From NCBI GenBank assembly GCA_964057225.1, contig OZ059899.1, positions 4,278,001-4,342,000 on the forward strand: a stretch of DNA of 64,000 bases. The letters are read 5' to 3'. The stretch's first letter is position 1, and each line of letters starts with the position of its first letter. The stretch comes from Auanema rhodensis. Its lineage: Eukaryota; Animalia; Nematoda. A program made the position numbers and the translations under genes. Below the pieces are notes generated by a model. That model did no database searches and was not told where the DNA came from. It worked only from the letters and a program-made list of their open reading frames with translations. Of this stretch, positions 1-15,200 are shown piece by piece.

Positions 1-190
1 TGAGCTATATCCCCACATTCGACAGAATATATGACTGTGAGTTTGTTCAAACTTGAAGAACCTCTTGATCAAAAATTTTAGTTGTGAATATTAATCTCCT
101 AATCTAATTTTTGTTTCAATCATTTTGTAAATCTCCTGAAAAAAAATATAGAAAAGTAAAGAACTTGAAGAATAATACCAAAACTACTGT

Positions 191-262
191 TGGAGATATG
201 GGGAATCGAACCCCAGACTTCTCGCATGCAAAGCGAGCGCTCTACCCCTGAGCTATATCCCC
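191..262 (-). tRNA. tRNA-Ala(TGC), first complete copy, representative of the array
   Basis: Minus strand reads GGGGATATAGCTCAGGGGTAGAGCGCTCGCTTTGCATGCGAGAAGTCTGGGGTTCGATTCCCCATATCTCCA. Acceptor stem GGGGATA/TATCTCC has the G3:U70 Ala identity pair; D stem GCTC/GAGC; anticodon stem CTCGC/GCGAG with TGC; T arm GGTTCGATTCC (B box); discriminator A; no intron and no encoded CCA tail. Confidence 0.97.
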
Positions 263-3200
263 ACATTTGACAGAATATATGACTGTGAGTTTGTTCAAAC
301 CTGAAAAACCTCTTGATCAAAAATTTTAGTTGTGAATATTAATTTCCTAATCTAATTTTTCTTTCAATCATTTTGTAAATTTCCTGAAAAAAAATTTATA
401 AAAGTAAAGAACTTGAAGAATAAAACCAAAACTACTGTTGGAGATATGGAGAATCGAACCCCAGACTTCTCGCATGCAAAGCGAGCGCTCTACCCCTGAG
501 CTATATCCCCACATTCGACAAAGTTAATAACTGTGAGTTTGTTCAAACTTGAAGAACCTCTTGATCAGAAATTTTAGTTGTGAATATTAATTTCCTAATC
601 TAATTTTTCTTTCAATCATTTTGTAAATCTCCTGAAAAAAAATATAGAAAAGTAAAGAACTTGAAGAATAAAACCAAAACTACTGTTGGAGATATGAGGA
701 ATCGAACCCCAGACTTCTCGCATGCAAAGCGAGCGCTCGACCCCTGAGCTATATCCCCACATTTGACAGAATATATGACTGTGAGTTTGTTCAAACTTGA
801 AGAACCTCTTGATCAAAAATTTTAGTTGTGAATATTAATCTCCTAATCTAATTTTTGTTTCAATCATTTTGTAAATCTCTTGAAAAAAAATATAGAAAAG
901 TTAAGAACTCGAAGAATAAAACCAAAACTACTGTTGGAGATATGGGGAATCGAACCCCAGACTTCTCGCATGCAAAGCGAGCGCTCTACCCCTGAGCTAT
1001 ATCCCCACATTCGACAGAATATATGACTGTGAGTTTGTTCAAACTTGAAGAACCTCTTGATCAAAAATTTTAGTTGTGAATATTAATTTCCTAATCTAAT
1101 TTTTCGTTCAATCATTTTGTAAATTTCCTGAAAAAAAATATAGAAAAGTAAAGAACTTGAAAAATAAAACCAAAACTACTGTTGGAGATATGGGGAATCG
1201 AACCCCAGATTTCTCGCATGCAAAGCTAGCGCTCTACCCCTGAGCTATATCCCCACATTTGACAGAATATATGACTGTGAGTTTGTTCAAACTTGAAGAA
1301 CCTCTTGATCAAAAATTTTAGTTGTGAATATTAATCTCCTAATCTAATTTTTGTTTCAATCATTTTGTAAATCTCTTGAAAAAAATATAGAAAAGCAAAG
1401 AACTTGAAGAATAAAACCAAAACTACTGTTGGAGATATGGGGAATCGAACCCCAGACTTCTCGCATGCAAAGCTAGCGCTCTACCCCTGAGCTATATCCC
1501 CACATTTGACAGAATATATGACTGTGAGTTTGTTCAAACTTGAAGAACCTCTTGATCAAAAATTTTAGTTGTGAATATTAATTTCCTAATCTAATTTTTC
1601 TTTCAATCATTTTGTAAATTTCCTGAAAAAAAATTTATAAAAGTAAAGAACTTGAAGAATAAAACCAAAACTACTGTTGGAGATATGGGGAATCGAACAC
1701 CAGACTTCTCGCATGCAAAGCGAGCGCTCTACCCCTGAGCTATATCCCCACATTCGACAGAATATATGACTGTGAGTTTGTTCAAACTTGAAGAACCTCT
1801 TGATCAAAAATTTTAGTTGTGAATATTAATCTCCTAATCTAATTTTTGTTTCAATCATTTTGTAAATCTCCTGAAAAAAAATATAGAAAAGTAAAGAACT
1901 TGAAGAATAATACCAAAACTACTGTTGGAGATATGGGGAATCGAACCCCAGACTTCTCGCATGCAAAGCGAGCGCTCTACCCCTGAGCTATATCTCCACA
2001 TTTGACAGAATATATGACTGTGAGTTTGTTCAAACCTGAAAAACCTCTTGATCAAAAATTTTAGTTGTGAATATTAATTTCCTAATCTAATTTTTCTTTC
2101 AATCATTTTGTAAATCTCCTGAAAAAAAATATAGAAAAGTAAAGAACTTGAAGAATAAAACCAAAACTACTGTTGGAGATATGGGGAATCGAACCCCAGA
2201 CTTCTCGCATGCAAAGCGAGCGCTCTACCCCTGAGCTATATCCGCACATTCGACAGAGTTAATGACTGTGAGTTTGTTCAAACTTGAAGAACCTCTTGAT
2301 CAAAAATTTTAGTTGTGAATATTAATTTTCTAATCTAATTTTTCTTTCAATCATTTTGTAAATTTCCTGAAAAAAAATATATAAAAGTAAAGAACTTGAA
2401 GAATAAAACCAAAACTACTGTTGGAGATATGGGGAATCGAACCCCAGACTTCTCGCATGCAAAGCGAGCGCTCTACCCCTAAGCTATATCCCCACATTCG
2501 ACAGAATATATGACTGTGAGTTTGTTCAAACTTGAAGAACCTCTTGATCAGAAATTTTAGTTGTGAATATTAATTACCTAATCTAATTTTTGTTTCAATC
2601 ATTTTGTAAATCTCCTGAAAAAAATATATAAAAGTAAAGAACTTGAAGAATGAAACCAAAACTACTGTTGGAGATATGGGGAATCGAACCCCAGACTTCT
2701 CGCATGCAAAGCGAGCGCTCTACCCCTGAGCTATATCCCCACATTCGACAAAGTCAATGACTGTGAGTTTGTTCAAACTTGAAGAACCTCTTGATCAGAA
2801 ATTTTAGTTGTGAATATTAATTTCCTAATCTTATTTTTCTTTCAATCATTTTGTAAATCTCCTGAAAAAAAAAATATAAAACTAAAGAACTTGAAGAATA
2901 AAACCAAAACTACTGTTGGAGATATGGGGAATCCAACCCCAGACTTCTCGCATGCAAAGCGAGCGCTCTACCCCTGAGCTATATCCCCACATTCGACAAA
3001 GTCAATGTCTGTGAGTTTGTTCAAACTTGAAGAACCTCTTGATCAGAAATTTTAGTTGTGATTATTAATCTCCTAATCTAATTTTTCTTTCAATCATTTT
3101 GTAAATCTCCTGAAAAAAAATATAGAAAAGTTAAGAACTCGAAGAATAAAACCAAAATTACTGTTGGAGATATGGGGAATCGAACTCCAGACTTCTCGCA

Positions 3201-6200
3201 TGCAAAGCGAGCGCTCTACCCCTGAGCTATATCCCCACATTTGACAGAATATATGACTGTGAGTTTGTTCAAACCTGAAAAACCTCTTGATCAAAAATTT
3301 TAGTTGTGAATATTAATTTCCTAATCTAATTTTTCTTTCAATCATTTTGTAAATTTCCTGAAAAAAAATTTATAAAAGTAAAGAACTTGAAGAATAAAAC
3401 CAAAACTACTGTTGGAGATATGGGGAATCGAACCCCAGACTTCTCGCATGCAAAGCGAGCGCTCTACCCCTGAGCTATATCCCCACATTCGACAAAGTTA
3501 ATAACTGTGAGTTTGTTCAAACTTGAAGAACCTCTTGATCAGAAATTTTAGTTGTGAATATTAATTTCCTAATCTAATTTTTCTTTCAATTATTTTGTAA
3601 ATTTCCTGAAAAAAAATATAGAAAAGTAAAGAACTTGAAAAATAAAACCAAAACTACTGTTGGAGATATGGGGAATCGAACCCCAGATTTCTCGCATGCA
3701 AAGCTAGCGCTCTACCCCTGAGCTATATCCCCACATTTGACAGAATATATGACTGTGAGTTTGTTCAAACTTGAAGAACCTCTTGATCAAAAATTTTAGT
3801 TGTGAATATTAATCTCCTAATCTAATTTTTGTTTCAATCATTTTGTAAATCTCTTGAAAAAAATATAGAAAAGCAAAGAACTTGAAGAATAAAACCAAAA
3901 CTACTGTTGGAGATATGGGGAATCGAACCCCAGACTTCTCGCATGCAAAGCTAGCGCTCTACCCCTGAGCTATATCCCCACATTTGACAGAATATATGAC
4001 TGTGAGTTTGTTCAAACTTGAAGAACCTCTTGATCAAAAATTTTAGTTGTGAATATTAATTTCCTAATCTAATTTTTCTTTCAATCATTTTGTAAATTTC
4101 CTGAAAAAAAATTTATAAAAGTAAAGAACTTGAAGAATAAAACCAAAACTACTGTTGGAGATATGGGGAATCGAACACCAGACTTCTCGCATGCAAAGCG
4201 AGCGCTCTACCCCTGAGCTATATCCCCACATTCGACAGAATATATGACTGTGAGTTTGTTCAAACTTGAAGAACCTCTTGATCAAAAATTTTAGTTGTGA
4301 ATATTAATCTCCTAATCTAATTTTTGTTTCAATCATTTTGTAAATCTCCTGAAAAAAAATATAGAAAAGTAAAGAACTTGAAGAATAATACCAAAACTAC
4401 TGTTGGAGATATGGGGAATCGAACCCCAGACTTCTCGCATGCAAAGCGAGCGCTCTACCCCTGAGCTATATCTCCACATTTGACAGAATATATGACTGTG
4501 AGTTTGTTCAAACCTGAAAAACCTCTTGATCAAAAATTTTAGTTGTGAATATTAATTTCCTAATCTAATTTTTCTTTCAATCATTTTGTAAATCTCCTGA
4601 AAAAAAATATAGAAAAGTAAAGAACTTGAAGAATAAAACCAAAACTACTGTTGGAGATATGGGGAATCGAACCCCAGACTTCTCGCATGCAAAGCGAGCG
4701 CTCTACCCCTGAGCTATATCCGCACATTCGACAGAGTTAATGACTGTGAGTTTGTTCAAACTTGAAGAACCTCTTGATCAAAAATTTTAGTTGTGAATAT
4801 TAATTTTCTAATCTAATTTTTCTTTCAATCATTTTGTAAATTTCCTGAAAAAAAATATATAAAAGTAAAGAACTTGAAGAATAAAACCAAAACTACTGTT
4901 GGAGATATGGGGAATCGAACCCCAGACTTCTCGCATGCAAAGCGAGCGCTCTACCCCTAAGCTATATCCCCACATTCGACAGAATATATGACTGTGAGTT
5001 TGTTCAAACTTGAAGAACCTCTTGATCAGAAATTTTAGTTGTGAATATTAATTACCTAATCTAATTTTTGTTTCAATCATTTTGTAAATCTCCTGAAAAA
5101 AATATATAAAAGTAAAGAACTTGAAGAATGAAACCAAAACTACTGTTGGAGATATGGGGAATCGAACCCCAGACTTCTCGCATGCAAAGCGAGCGCTCTA
5201 CCCCTGAGCTATATCCCCACATTCGACAAAGTCAATGACTGTGAGTTTGTTCAAACTTGAAGAACCTCTTGATCAGAAATTTTAGTTGTGAATATTAATT
5301 TCCTAATCTTATTTTTCTTTCAATCATTTTGTAAATCTCCTGAAAAAAAAAATATAAAACTAAAGAACTTGAAGAATAAAACCAAAACTACTGTTGGAGA
5401 TATGGGGAATCCAACCCCAGACTTCTCGCATGCAAAGCGAGCGCTCTACCCCTGAGCTATATCCCCACATTCGACAAAGTCAATGACTGTGAGTTTGTTC
5501 AAACTTGAAGAACCTCTTGATCAGAAATTTTAGTTGTGATTATTAATCTCCTAATCTAATTTTTCTTTCAATCATTTTGTAAATCTCCTGAAAAAAAATA
5601 TAGAAAAGTTAAGAACTCGAAGAATAAAACCAAAATTACTGTTGGAGATATGGGGAATCGAACTCCAGACTTCTCGCATGCAAAGCGAGCGCTCTACCCC
5701 TGAGCTATATCCCCACATTTGACAGAATATATGACTGTGAGTTTGTTCAAACCTGAAAAACCTCTTGATCAAAAATTTTAGTTGTGAATATTAATTTCCT
5801 AATCTAATTTTTCTTTCAATCATTTTGTAAATTTCCTGAAAAAAAATTTATAAAAGTAAAGAACTTGAAGAATAAAACCAAAACTACTGTTGGAGATATG
5901 GGGAATCGAACCCCAGACTTCTCGCATGCAAAGCGAGCGCTCTACCCCTGAGCTATATCCCCACATTCGACAAAGTTAATAACTGTGAGTTTGTTCAAAC
6001 TTGAAGAACCTCTTGATCAGAAATTTTAGTTGTGAATATTAATTTCCTAATCTAATTTTTCTTTCAATTATTTTGTAAATCTCCTGAAAAAAAATATAGA
6101 AAAGTAAAGAACTTGAAGAATAAAACCAAAACTACTGTTGGAGATATGAGGAATCGAACCCCAGACTTCTCGCATGCAAAGCGAGCGCTCGACCCCTGAG

Positions 6201-9200
6201 CTATATCCCCACATTTGACAGAATATATGACTGTGAGTTTGTTCAAACTTGAAGAACCTCTTGATCAAAAATTTTAGTTGTGAATATTAATCTCCTAATC
6301 TAATTTTTGTTTCAATCATTTTGTAAATCTCTTGAAAAAAAATATAGAAAAGTTAAGAACTCGAAGAATAAAACCAAAACTACTGTTGGAGATATGGGGA
6401 ATCGAACCCCAGACTTCTCGCATGCAAAGCGAGCGCTCTACCCCTGAGCTATATCCCCACATTCCACAGAATATATGACTGTGAGTTTGTTCAAACTTGA
6501 AGAACCTCTTGATCAAAAATTTTAGTTGTGAATATTAATTTCCTAATCTAATTTTTCGTTCAATCATTTTGTAAATTTCCTGAAAAAAAATATAGAAAAG
6601 TAAAGAACTTGAAAAATAAAACCAAAACTACTGTTGGAGATATGGGGAATCGAACCCCAGATTTCTCGCATGCAAAGCTAGCGCTCTACCCCTGAGCTAT
6701 ATCCCCACATTTGACAGAATATATGACTGTGAGTTTGTTCAAACTTGAAGAACCTCTTGATCAAAAATTTTAGTTGTGAATATTAATCTCCTAATCTAAT
6801 TTTTGTTTCAATCATTTTGTAAATCTCTTGAAAAAAATATAGAAAAGCAAAGAACTTGAAGAATAAAACCAAAACTACTGTTGGAGATATGGGGAATCGA
6901 ACCCCAGACTTCTCGCATGCAAAGCTAGCGCTCTACCCCTGAGCTATATCCCCACATTTGACAGAATATATGACTGTGAGTTTGTTCAAACTTGAAGAAC
7001 CTCTTGATCAAAAATTTTAGTTGTGAATATTAATTTCCTAATCTAATTTTTCTTTCAATCATTTTGTAAATTTCCTGAAAAAAAATTTATAAAAGTAAAG
7101 AACTTGAAGAATAAAACCAAAACTACTGTTGGAGATATGGGGAATCGAACACCAGACTTCTCGCATGCAAAGCGAGCGCTCTACCCCTGAGCTATATCCC
7201 CACATTCGACAGAATATATGACTGTGAGTTTGTTCAAACTTGAAGAACCTCTTGATCAAAAATTTTAGTTGTGAATATTAATCTCCTAATCTAATTTTTG
7301 TTTCAATCATTTTGTAAATCTCCTGAAAAAAAATATAGAAAAGTAAAGAACTTGAAGAATAATACCAAAACTACTGTTGGAGATATGGGGAATCGAACCC
7401 CAGACTTCTCGCATGCAAAGCGAGCGCTCTACCCCTGAGCTATATCCCCACATTTGACAGAATATATGACTGTGAGTTTGTTCAAACCTGAAAAACCTCT
7501 TGATCAAAAATTTTAGTTGTGAATATTAATTTCCTAATCTAATTTTTCTTTCAATCATTTTGTAAATCTCCTGAAAAAAAATATAGAAAAGTAAAGAACT
7601 TGAAGAATAAAACCAAAACTACTGTTGGAGATATGGGGAATCGAACCCCAGACTTCTCGCATGCAAAGCGAGCGCTCTACCCCTGAGCTATATCCGCACA
7701 TTCGACAGAGTTAATGACTGTGAGTTTGTTCAAACTTGAAGAACCTCTTGATCAAAAATTTTAGTTGTGAATATTAATTTTCTAATCTAATTTTTCTTTC
7801 AATCATTTTGTAAATTTCCTGAAAAAAAATATATAAAAGTAAAGAACTTGAAGAATAAAACCAAAACTACTGTTGGAGATATGGGGAATCGAACCCCAGA
7901 CTTCTCGCATGCAAAGCGAGCGCTCTACCCCTGAGCTATATCCCCACATTCGACAGAATATATGACTGTGAGTTTGTTCAAACTTGAAGAACCTCTTGAT
8001 CAGAAATTTTAGTTGTGAATATTAATTACCTAATCTAATTTTTGTTTCAATCATTTTGTAAATCTCCTGAAAAAAAATATAGAAAAGTAAAGAACTTGAA
8101 GAATAAAACCAAAACTACTGTTGGAGATATGAGGAATCGAACCCCAGACTTCTCGCATGCAAAGCGAGCGCTCGACCCCTGAGCTATATCCCCACATTTG
8201 ACAGAATATATGACTGTGAGTTTGTTCAAACTTGAAGAACCTCTTGATCAAAAATTTTAGTTGTGAATATTAATCTCCTAATCTAATTTTTGTTTCAATC
8301 ATTTTGTAAATCTCTTGAAAAAAAATATAGAAAAGTTAAGAACTCGAAGAATAAAACCAAAACTACTGTTGGAGATATGGGGAATCGAACCCCAGACTTC
8401 TCGCATGCAAAGCGAGCGCTCTACCCCTGAGCTATATCCCCACATTCGACAGAATATATGACTGTGAGTTTGTTCAAACTTGAAGAACCTCTTGATCAAA
8501 AATTTTAGTTGTGAATATTAATTTCCTAATCTAATTTTTCGTTCAATCATTTTGTAAATTTCCTGAAAAAAAATATAGAAAAGTAAAGAACTTGAAAAAT
8601 AAAACCAAAACTACTGTTGGAGATATGGGGAATCGAACCCCAGATTTCTCGCATGCAAAGCTAGCGCTCTACCCCTGAGCTATATCCCCACATTTGACAG
8701 AATATATGACTGTGAGTTTGTTCAAACTTGAAGAACCTCTTGATCAAAAATTTTAGTTGTGAATATTAATCTCCTAATCTAATTTTTGTTTCAATCATTT
8801 TGTAAATCTCTTGAAAAAAATATAGAAAAGCAAAGAACTTGAAGAATAAAACCAAAACTACTGTTGGAGATATGGGGAATCGAACCCCAGACTTCTCGCA
8901 TGCAAAGCGAGCGCTCTACCCCTGAGCTATATCCCCACATTCGACAAAGTCAATGACTGTGAGTTTGTTCAAACTTGAAGAACCTCTTGATCAAAAATTT
9001 TAGTTGTGAATATTAATTTCCTAATCTAATTTTTCTTTCAATCATTTTGTAAATTTCCTGAAAAAAAATTTATAAAAGTAAAGAACTTGAAGAATAAAAC
9101 CAAAACTACTGTTGGAGATATGGGGAATCGAACACCAGACTTCTCGCATGCAAAGCGAGCGCTCTACCCCTGAGCTATATCCCCACATTCGACAGAATAT

Positions 9201-12200
9201 ATGACTGTGAGTTTGTTCAAACTTGAAGAACCTCTTGATCAAAAATTTTAGTTGTGAATATTAATCTCCTAATCTAATTTTTGTTTCAATCATTTTGTAA
9301 ATCTCCTGAAAAAAAATATAGAAAAGTAAAGAACTTGAAGAATAATACCAAAACTACTGTTGGAGATATGGGGAATCGAACACCAGACTTCTCGCATGCA
9401 AAGCGAGCGCTCTACCCCTGAGCTATATCCCCACATTCGACAGAATATATGACTGTGAGTTTGTTCAAACTTGAAGAACCTCTTGATCAAAAATTTTAGT
9501 TGTGAATATTAATTTCCTAATCTAATTTTTCTTTCAATCATTTTGTAAATCTCCTGAAAAAAAATATAGAAAAGTAAAGAACTTGAAGAATAAAACCAAA
9601 ACTACTGTTGGAGATATGGGGAATCGAACCCCAAACTTCTCGCATGCAAAGCGAGCGCTCTACCCCTGAGCTATATCCGCTTATTCGACAGAGTTAATGA
9701 CTGTGAGTTTGTTCAAACTTGAAGAACCTCTTGATCAAAAATTTTAGTTGTGAATATTAATTTTCTAATCTAATTTTTCTTTCAATCATTTTGTAAATTT
9801 CCTGAAAAAAAATATATAAAAGTAAAGAACTTGAAGAATAAAACCAAAACTACTGTTGGAGATATGGGGAATCGAACCCCAGACTTCTCGCATGCAAAGC
9901 GAGCGCTCTACCCCTGAGCTATATCCCCACATTCGACAGAATATATGACTGTGAGTTTGTTCAAACTTGAAGAACCTCTTGATCAGAAATTTTAGTTGTG
10001 AATATTAATTTCCTAATCTAATTTTTCTTTCAATCATTTTGTAAATCTCCTGAAAAAAATATATAAAAGTAAAGAACTTGAAGAATAAAACCAAAACTAC
10101 TGTTGGAGATATGGGGAATCGAACCCCAGACTTCTCGCATGCAAAGCGAGCGCTCTACCCCTGAGCTATATCCCCACATTCGACAGAATATATGACTGTG
10201 AGTTTGTTCAAACTTGAAGAACCTCTTGATCAAAAATTTTAGTTGTGAATATTAATTTCCTAATCTAATTTTTCTTTCAATCATTTTGTAAATTTCCTGA
10301 AAAAAAATTTATAAAAGTAAAGAACTTGAAGAATAAAACCAAAACTACTGTTGGAGATATGGGGAATCGAACACCAGACTTCTCGCATGCAAAGCGAGCG
10401 CTCTACCCCTGAGCTATATCCCCACATTCGACAGAATATATGACTGTGAGTTTGTTCAAACTTGAAGAACCTCTTGATCAAAAATTTTAGTTGTGAATAT
10501 TAATCTCCTAATCTAATTTTTGTTTCAATCATTTTGTAAATCTCCTGAAAAAAAATATAGAAAAGTAAAGAACTTGAAGAATAATACCAAAACTACTGTT
10601 GGAGATATGGGGAATCGAACCCCAGACTTCTCGCATGCAAAGCGAGCGCTCTACCCCTGAGCTATATCCCCACATTTGACAGAATATATGACTGTGAGTT
10701 TGTTCAAACCTGAAAAACCTCTTGATCAAAAATTTTAGTTGTGAATATTAATTTCCTAATCTAATTTTTCTTTCAATCATTTTGTAAATTTCCTGAAAAA
10801 AAATTTATAAAAGTAAAGAACTTGAAGAATAAAACCAAAACTACTGTTGGAGATATGGAGAATCGAACCCCAGACTTCTCGCATGCAAAGCGAGCGCTCT
10901 ACCCCTGAGCTATATCCCCACATTCGACAAAGTTAATAACTGTGAGTTTGTTCAAACTTGAAGAACCTCTTGATCAGAAATTTTAGTTGTGAATATTAAT
11001 TTCCTAATCTAATTTTTCTTTCAATCATTTTGTAAATCTCCTGAAAAAAAATATAGAAAAGTAAAGAACTTGAAGAATAAAACCAAAACTACTGTTGGAG
11101 ATATGAGGAATCGAACCCCAGACTTCTCGCATGCAAAGCGAGCGCTCGACCCCTGAGCTATATCCCCACATTTGACAGAATATATGACTGTGAGTTTGTT
11201 CAAACTTGAAGAACCTCTTGATCAAAAATTTTAGTTGTGAATATTAATCTCCTAATCTAATTTTTGTTTCAATCATTTTGTAAATCTCTTGAAAAAAAAT
11301 ATAGAAAAGTTAAGAACTCGAAGAATAAAACCAAAACTACTGTTGGAGATATGGGGAATCGAACCCCAGACTTCTCGCATGCAAAGCGAGCGCTCTACCC
11401 CTGAGCTATATCCCCACATTCGACAGAATATATGACTGTGAGTTTGTTCAAACTTGAAGAACCTCTTGATCAAAAATTTTAGTTGTGAATATTAATTTCC
11501 TAATCTAATTTTTCGTTCAATCATTTTGTAAATTTCCTGAAAAAAAATATAGAAAAGTAAAGAACTTGAAAAATAAAACCAAAACTACTGTTGGAGATAT
11601 GGGGAATCGAACCCCAGATTTCTCGCATGCAAAGCTAGCGCTCTACCCCTGAGCTATATCCCCACATTTGACAGAATATATGACTGTGAGTTTGTTCAAA
11701 CTTGAAGAACCTCTTGATCAAAAATTTTAGTTGTGAATATTAATCTCCTAATCTAATTTTTGTTTCAATCATTTTGTAAATCTCTTGAAAAAAATATAGA
11801 AAAGCAAAGAACTTGAAGAATAAAACCAAAACTACTGTTGGAGATATGGGGAATCGAACCCCAGACTTCTCGCATGCAAAGCTAGCGCTCTACCCCTGAG
11901 CTATATCCCCACATTTGACAGAATATATGACTGTGAGTTTGTTCAAACTTGAAGAACCTCTTGATCAAAAATTTTAGTTGTGAATATTAATTTCCTAATC
12001 TAATTTTTCTTTCAATCATTTTGTAAATTTCCTGAAAAAAAATTTATAAAAGTAAAGAACTTGAAGAATAAAACCAAAACTACTGTTGGAGATATGGGGA
12101 ATCGAACACCAGACTTCTCGCATGCAAAGCGAGCGCTCTACCCCTGAGCTATATCCCCACATTCGACAGAATATATGACTGTGAGTTTGTTCAAACTTGA

Positions 12201-15200
12201 AGAACCTCTTGATCAAAAATTTTAGTTGTGAATATTAATCTCCTAATCTAATTTTTGTTTCAATCATTTTGTAAATCTCCTGAAAAAAAATATAGAAAAG
12301 TAAAGAACTTGAAGAATAATACCAAAACTACTGTTGGAGATATGGGGAATCGAACCCCAGACTTCTCGCATGCAAAGCGAGCGCTCTACCCCTGAGCTAT
12401 ATCTCCACATTTGACAGAATATATGACTGTGAGTTTGTTCAAACCTGAAAAACCTCTTGATCAAAAATTTTAGTTGTGAATATTAATTTCCTAATCTAAT
12501 TTTTCTTTCAATCATTTTGTAAATCTCCTGAAAAAAAATATAGAAAAGTAAAGAACTTGAAGAATAAAACCAAAACTACTGTTGGAGATATGGGGAATCG
12601 AACCCCAGACTTCTCGCATGCAAAGCGAGCGCTCTACCCCTGAGCTATATCCGCACATTCGACAGAGTTAATGACTGTGAGTTTGTTCAAACTTGAAGAA
12701 CCTCTTGATCAAAAATTTTAGTTGTGAATATTAATTTTCTAATCTAATTTTTCTTTCAATCATTTTGTAAATTTCCTGAAAAAAAATATATAAAAGTAAA
12801 GAACTTGAAGAATAAAACCAAAACTACTGTTGGAGATATGGGGAATCGAACCCCAGACTTCTCGCATGCAAAGCGAGCGCTCTACCCCTAAGCTATATCC
12901 CCACATTCGACAGAATATATGACTGTGAGTTTGTTCAAACTTGAAGAACCTCTTGATCAGAAATTTTAGTTGTGAATATTAATTACCTAATCTAATTTTT
13001 GTTTCAATCATTTTGTAAATCTCCTGAAAAAAATATATAAAAGTAAAGAACTTGAAGAATGAAACCAAAACTACTGTTGGAGATATGGGGAATCGAACCC
13101 CAGACTTCTCGCATGCAAAGCGAGCGCTCTACCCCTGAGCTATATCCCCACATTCGACAAAGTCAATGACTGTGAGTTTGTTCAAACTTGAAGAACCTCT
13201 TGATCAGAAATTTTAGTTGTGAATATTAATTTCCTAATCTTATTTTTCTTTCAATCATTTTGTAAATCTCCTGAAAAAAAAAATATAAAACTAAAGAACT
13301 TGAAGAATAAAACCAAAACTACTGTTGGAGATATGGGGAATCGAACCCCAGACTTCTCGCATGCAAAGCGAGCGCTCTACCCCTGAGCTATATCCCCACA
13401 TTCGACAAAGTCAATGACTGTGAGTTTGTTCAAACTTGAAGAACCTCTTGATCAGAAATTTTAGTTGTGATTATTAATCTCCTAATCTAATTTTTCTTTC
13501 AATCATTTTGTAAATCTCCTGAAAAAAAATATAGAAAAGTTAAGAACTCGAAGAATAAAACCAAAATTACTGTTGGAGATATGGGGAATCGAACTCCAGA
13601 CTTCTCGCATGCAAAGCGAGCGCTCTACCCCTGAGCTATATCCCCACATTCGACAAAGTCAATGACTGTGAGTTTGTTCAAACTTGAAGAACCTCTTGAT
13701 CAAAAATTTTAGTTGTGAATATTAATCTCCTAATCTAATTTTTGTTTCAATCATTTTGTAAATCTCCTGAAAAAAAATATAGAAAAGTAAAGAACTTGAA
13801 GAATAAAACCAAAACTACTGTTGGAGATATGGGGAATCGAACCCCAGACTTCTCGCATGCAAAGCGAGCGCTCTACCCCTGAGCTATATCCCCACATTCG
13901 ACAGAATATATGACTGTGAGTTTGTTCAAACTTGAAGAACCTCTTGATCAAAAATTTTAGTTGTGAATATTAATCTCCTAATCTAATTTTTGTTTCAATC
14001 ATTTTGTAAATCTCCTGAAAAAAATATAGAAAAGTAAAGAACTTGAAGAATAAAACCAAAACTACTGTTGGAGATATGGGGAATCGAACCCCAGACTTCT
14101 CGCATGCAAAGCGAGCGCTCTACCCCTGAGCTATATCTGCACATTCGACAGAGTTAATGACTGTGAGTTTGTTCAAACTTGAAGAACCTCTTGATCAGAA
14201 TTTTTAGTTGTGAATATTAATCTCCTAATCTAATTTTTCTTTCAATCATTTTGTAAATCTCCTGAAAAAAAATATAGAAAAGTAAAGAACTTGAAGAATA
14301 AAACAAAAACTATTGTTGGAGATATGGGGAATCGAACTCCAGACTTCTCGCATGCAAAGCGAGCGCTCTACCCCTGAGCTATATCCGCACATTCGACAGA
14401 GTTAATGACTGTGAGTTTGTTCAAACTTGAAGAACCTCTTGATCAAAAATCTAATTTTTGTTTCAATCATTTTGTAAATCTCCTGAAAAAAATATATAAA
14501 AGTAAAGAACTTGAAGAATGAAACCAAAACTACTGTTGGAGATATGGGGAATCGAACCCCAGACTTCTCGCATGCAAAGCGAGCGCTCTACCCCTGAGCT
14601 ATATCCCCACATTCGACAAAGTCAATGACTGTGAGTTTGTTCAAACTTGAAGAACCTCTTGATCAGAAATTTTAGTTGTGAATATTAATTTCCTAATCTT
14701 ATTTTTCTTTCAATCATTTTGTAAATCTCCTGAAAAAAAAAATATAAAACTAAAGAACTTGAAGAATAAAACCAAAACTACTGTTGGAGATATGGGGAAT
14801 CGAACCCCAGACTTCTCGCATGCAAAGCGAGCGCTCTACCCCTGAGCTATATCCCCACATTCGACAAAGTCAATGACTGTGAGTTTGTTCAAACTTGAAG
14901 AACCTCTTGATCAGAAATTTTAGTTGTGATTATTAATCTCCTAATCTAATTTTTCTTTCAATCATTTTGTAAATCTCCTGAAAAAAAATATAGAAAAGTT
15001 AAGAACTCGAAGAATAAAACCAAAATTACTGTTGGAGATATGGGGAATCGAACTCCAGACTTCTCGCATGCAAAGCGAGCGCTCTACCCCTGAGCTATAT
15101 CCCCACATTCGACAAAGTCAATGACTGTGAGTTTGTTCAAACTTGAAGAACCTCTTGATCAGAAATTTTAGTTGTGAATATTAATTTCCTAATCTTATTT

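Noticed and set aside
191-193. Genomically encoded CCA tail (would suggest a bacterial tRNA)
   Set aside because: The terminal CCA is C71-C72 of the acceptor stem plus discriminator A73, not an added CCA.
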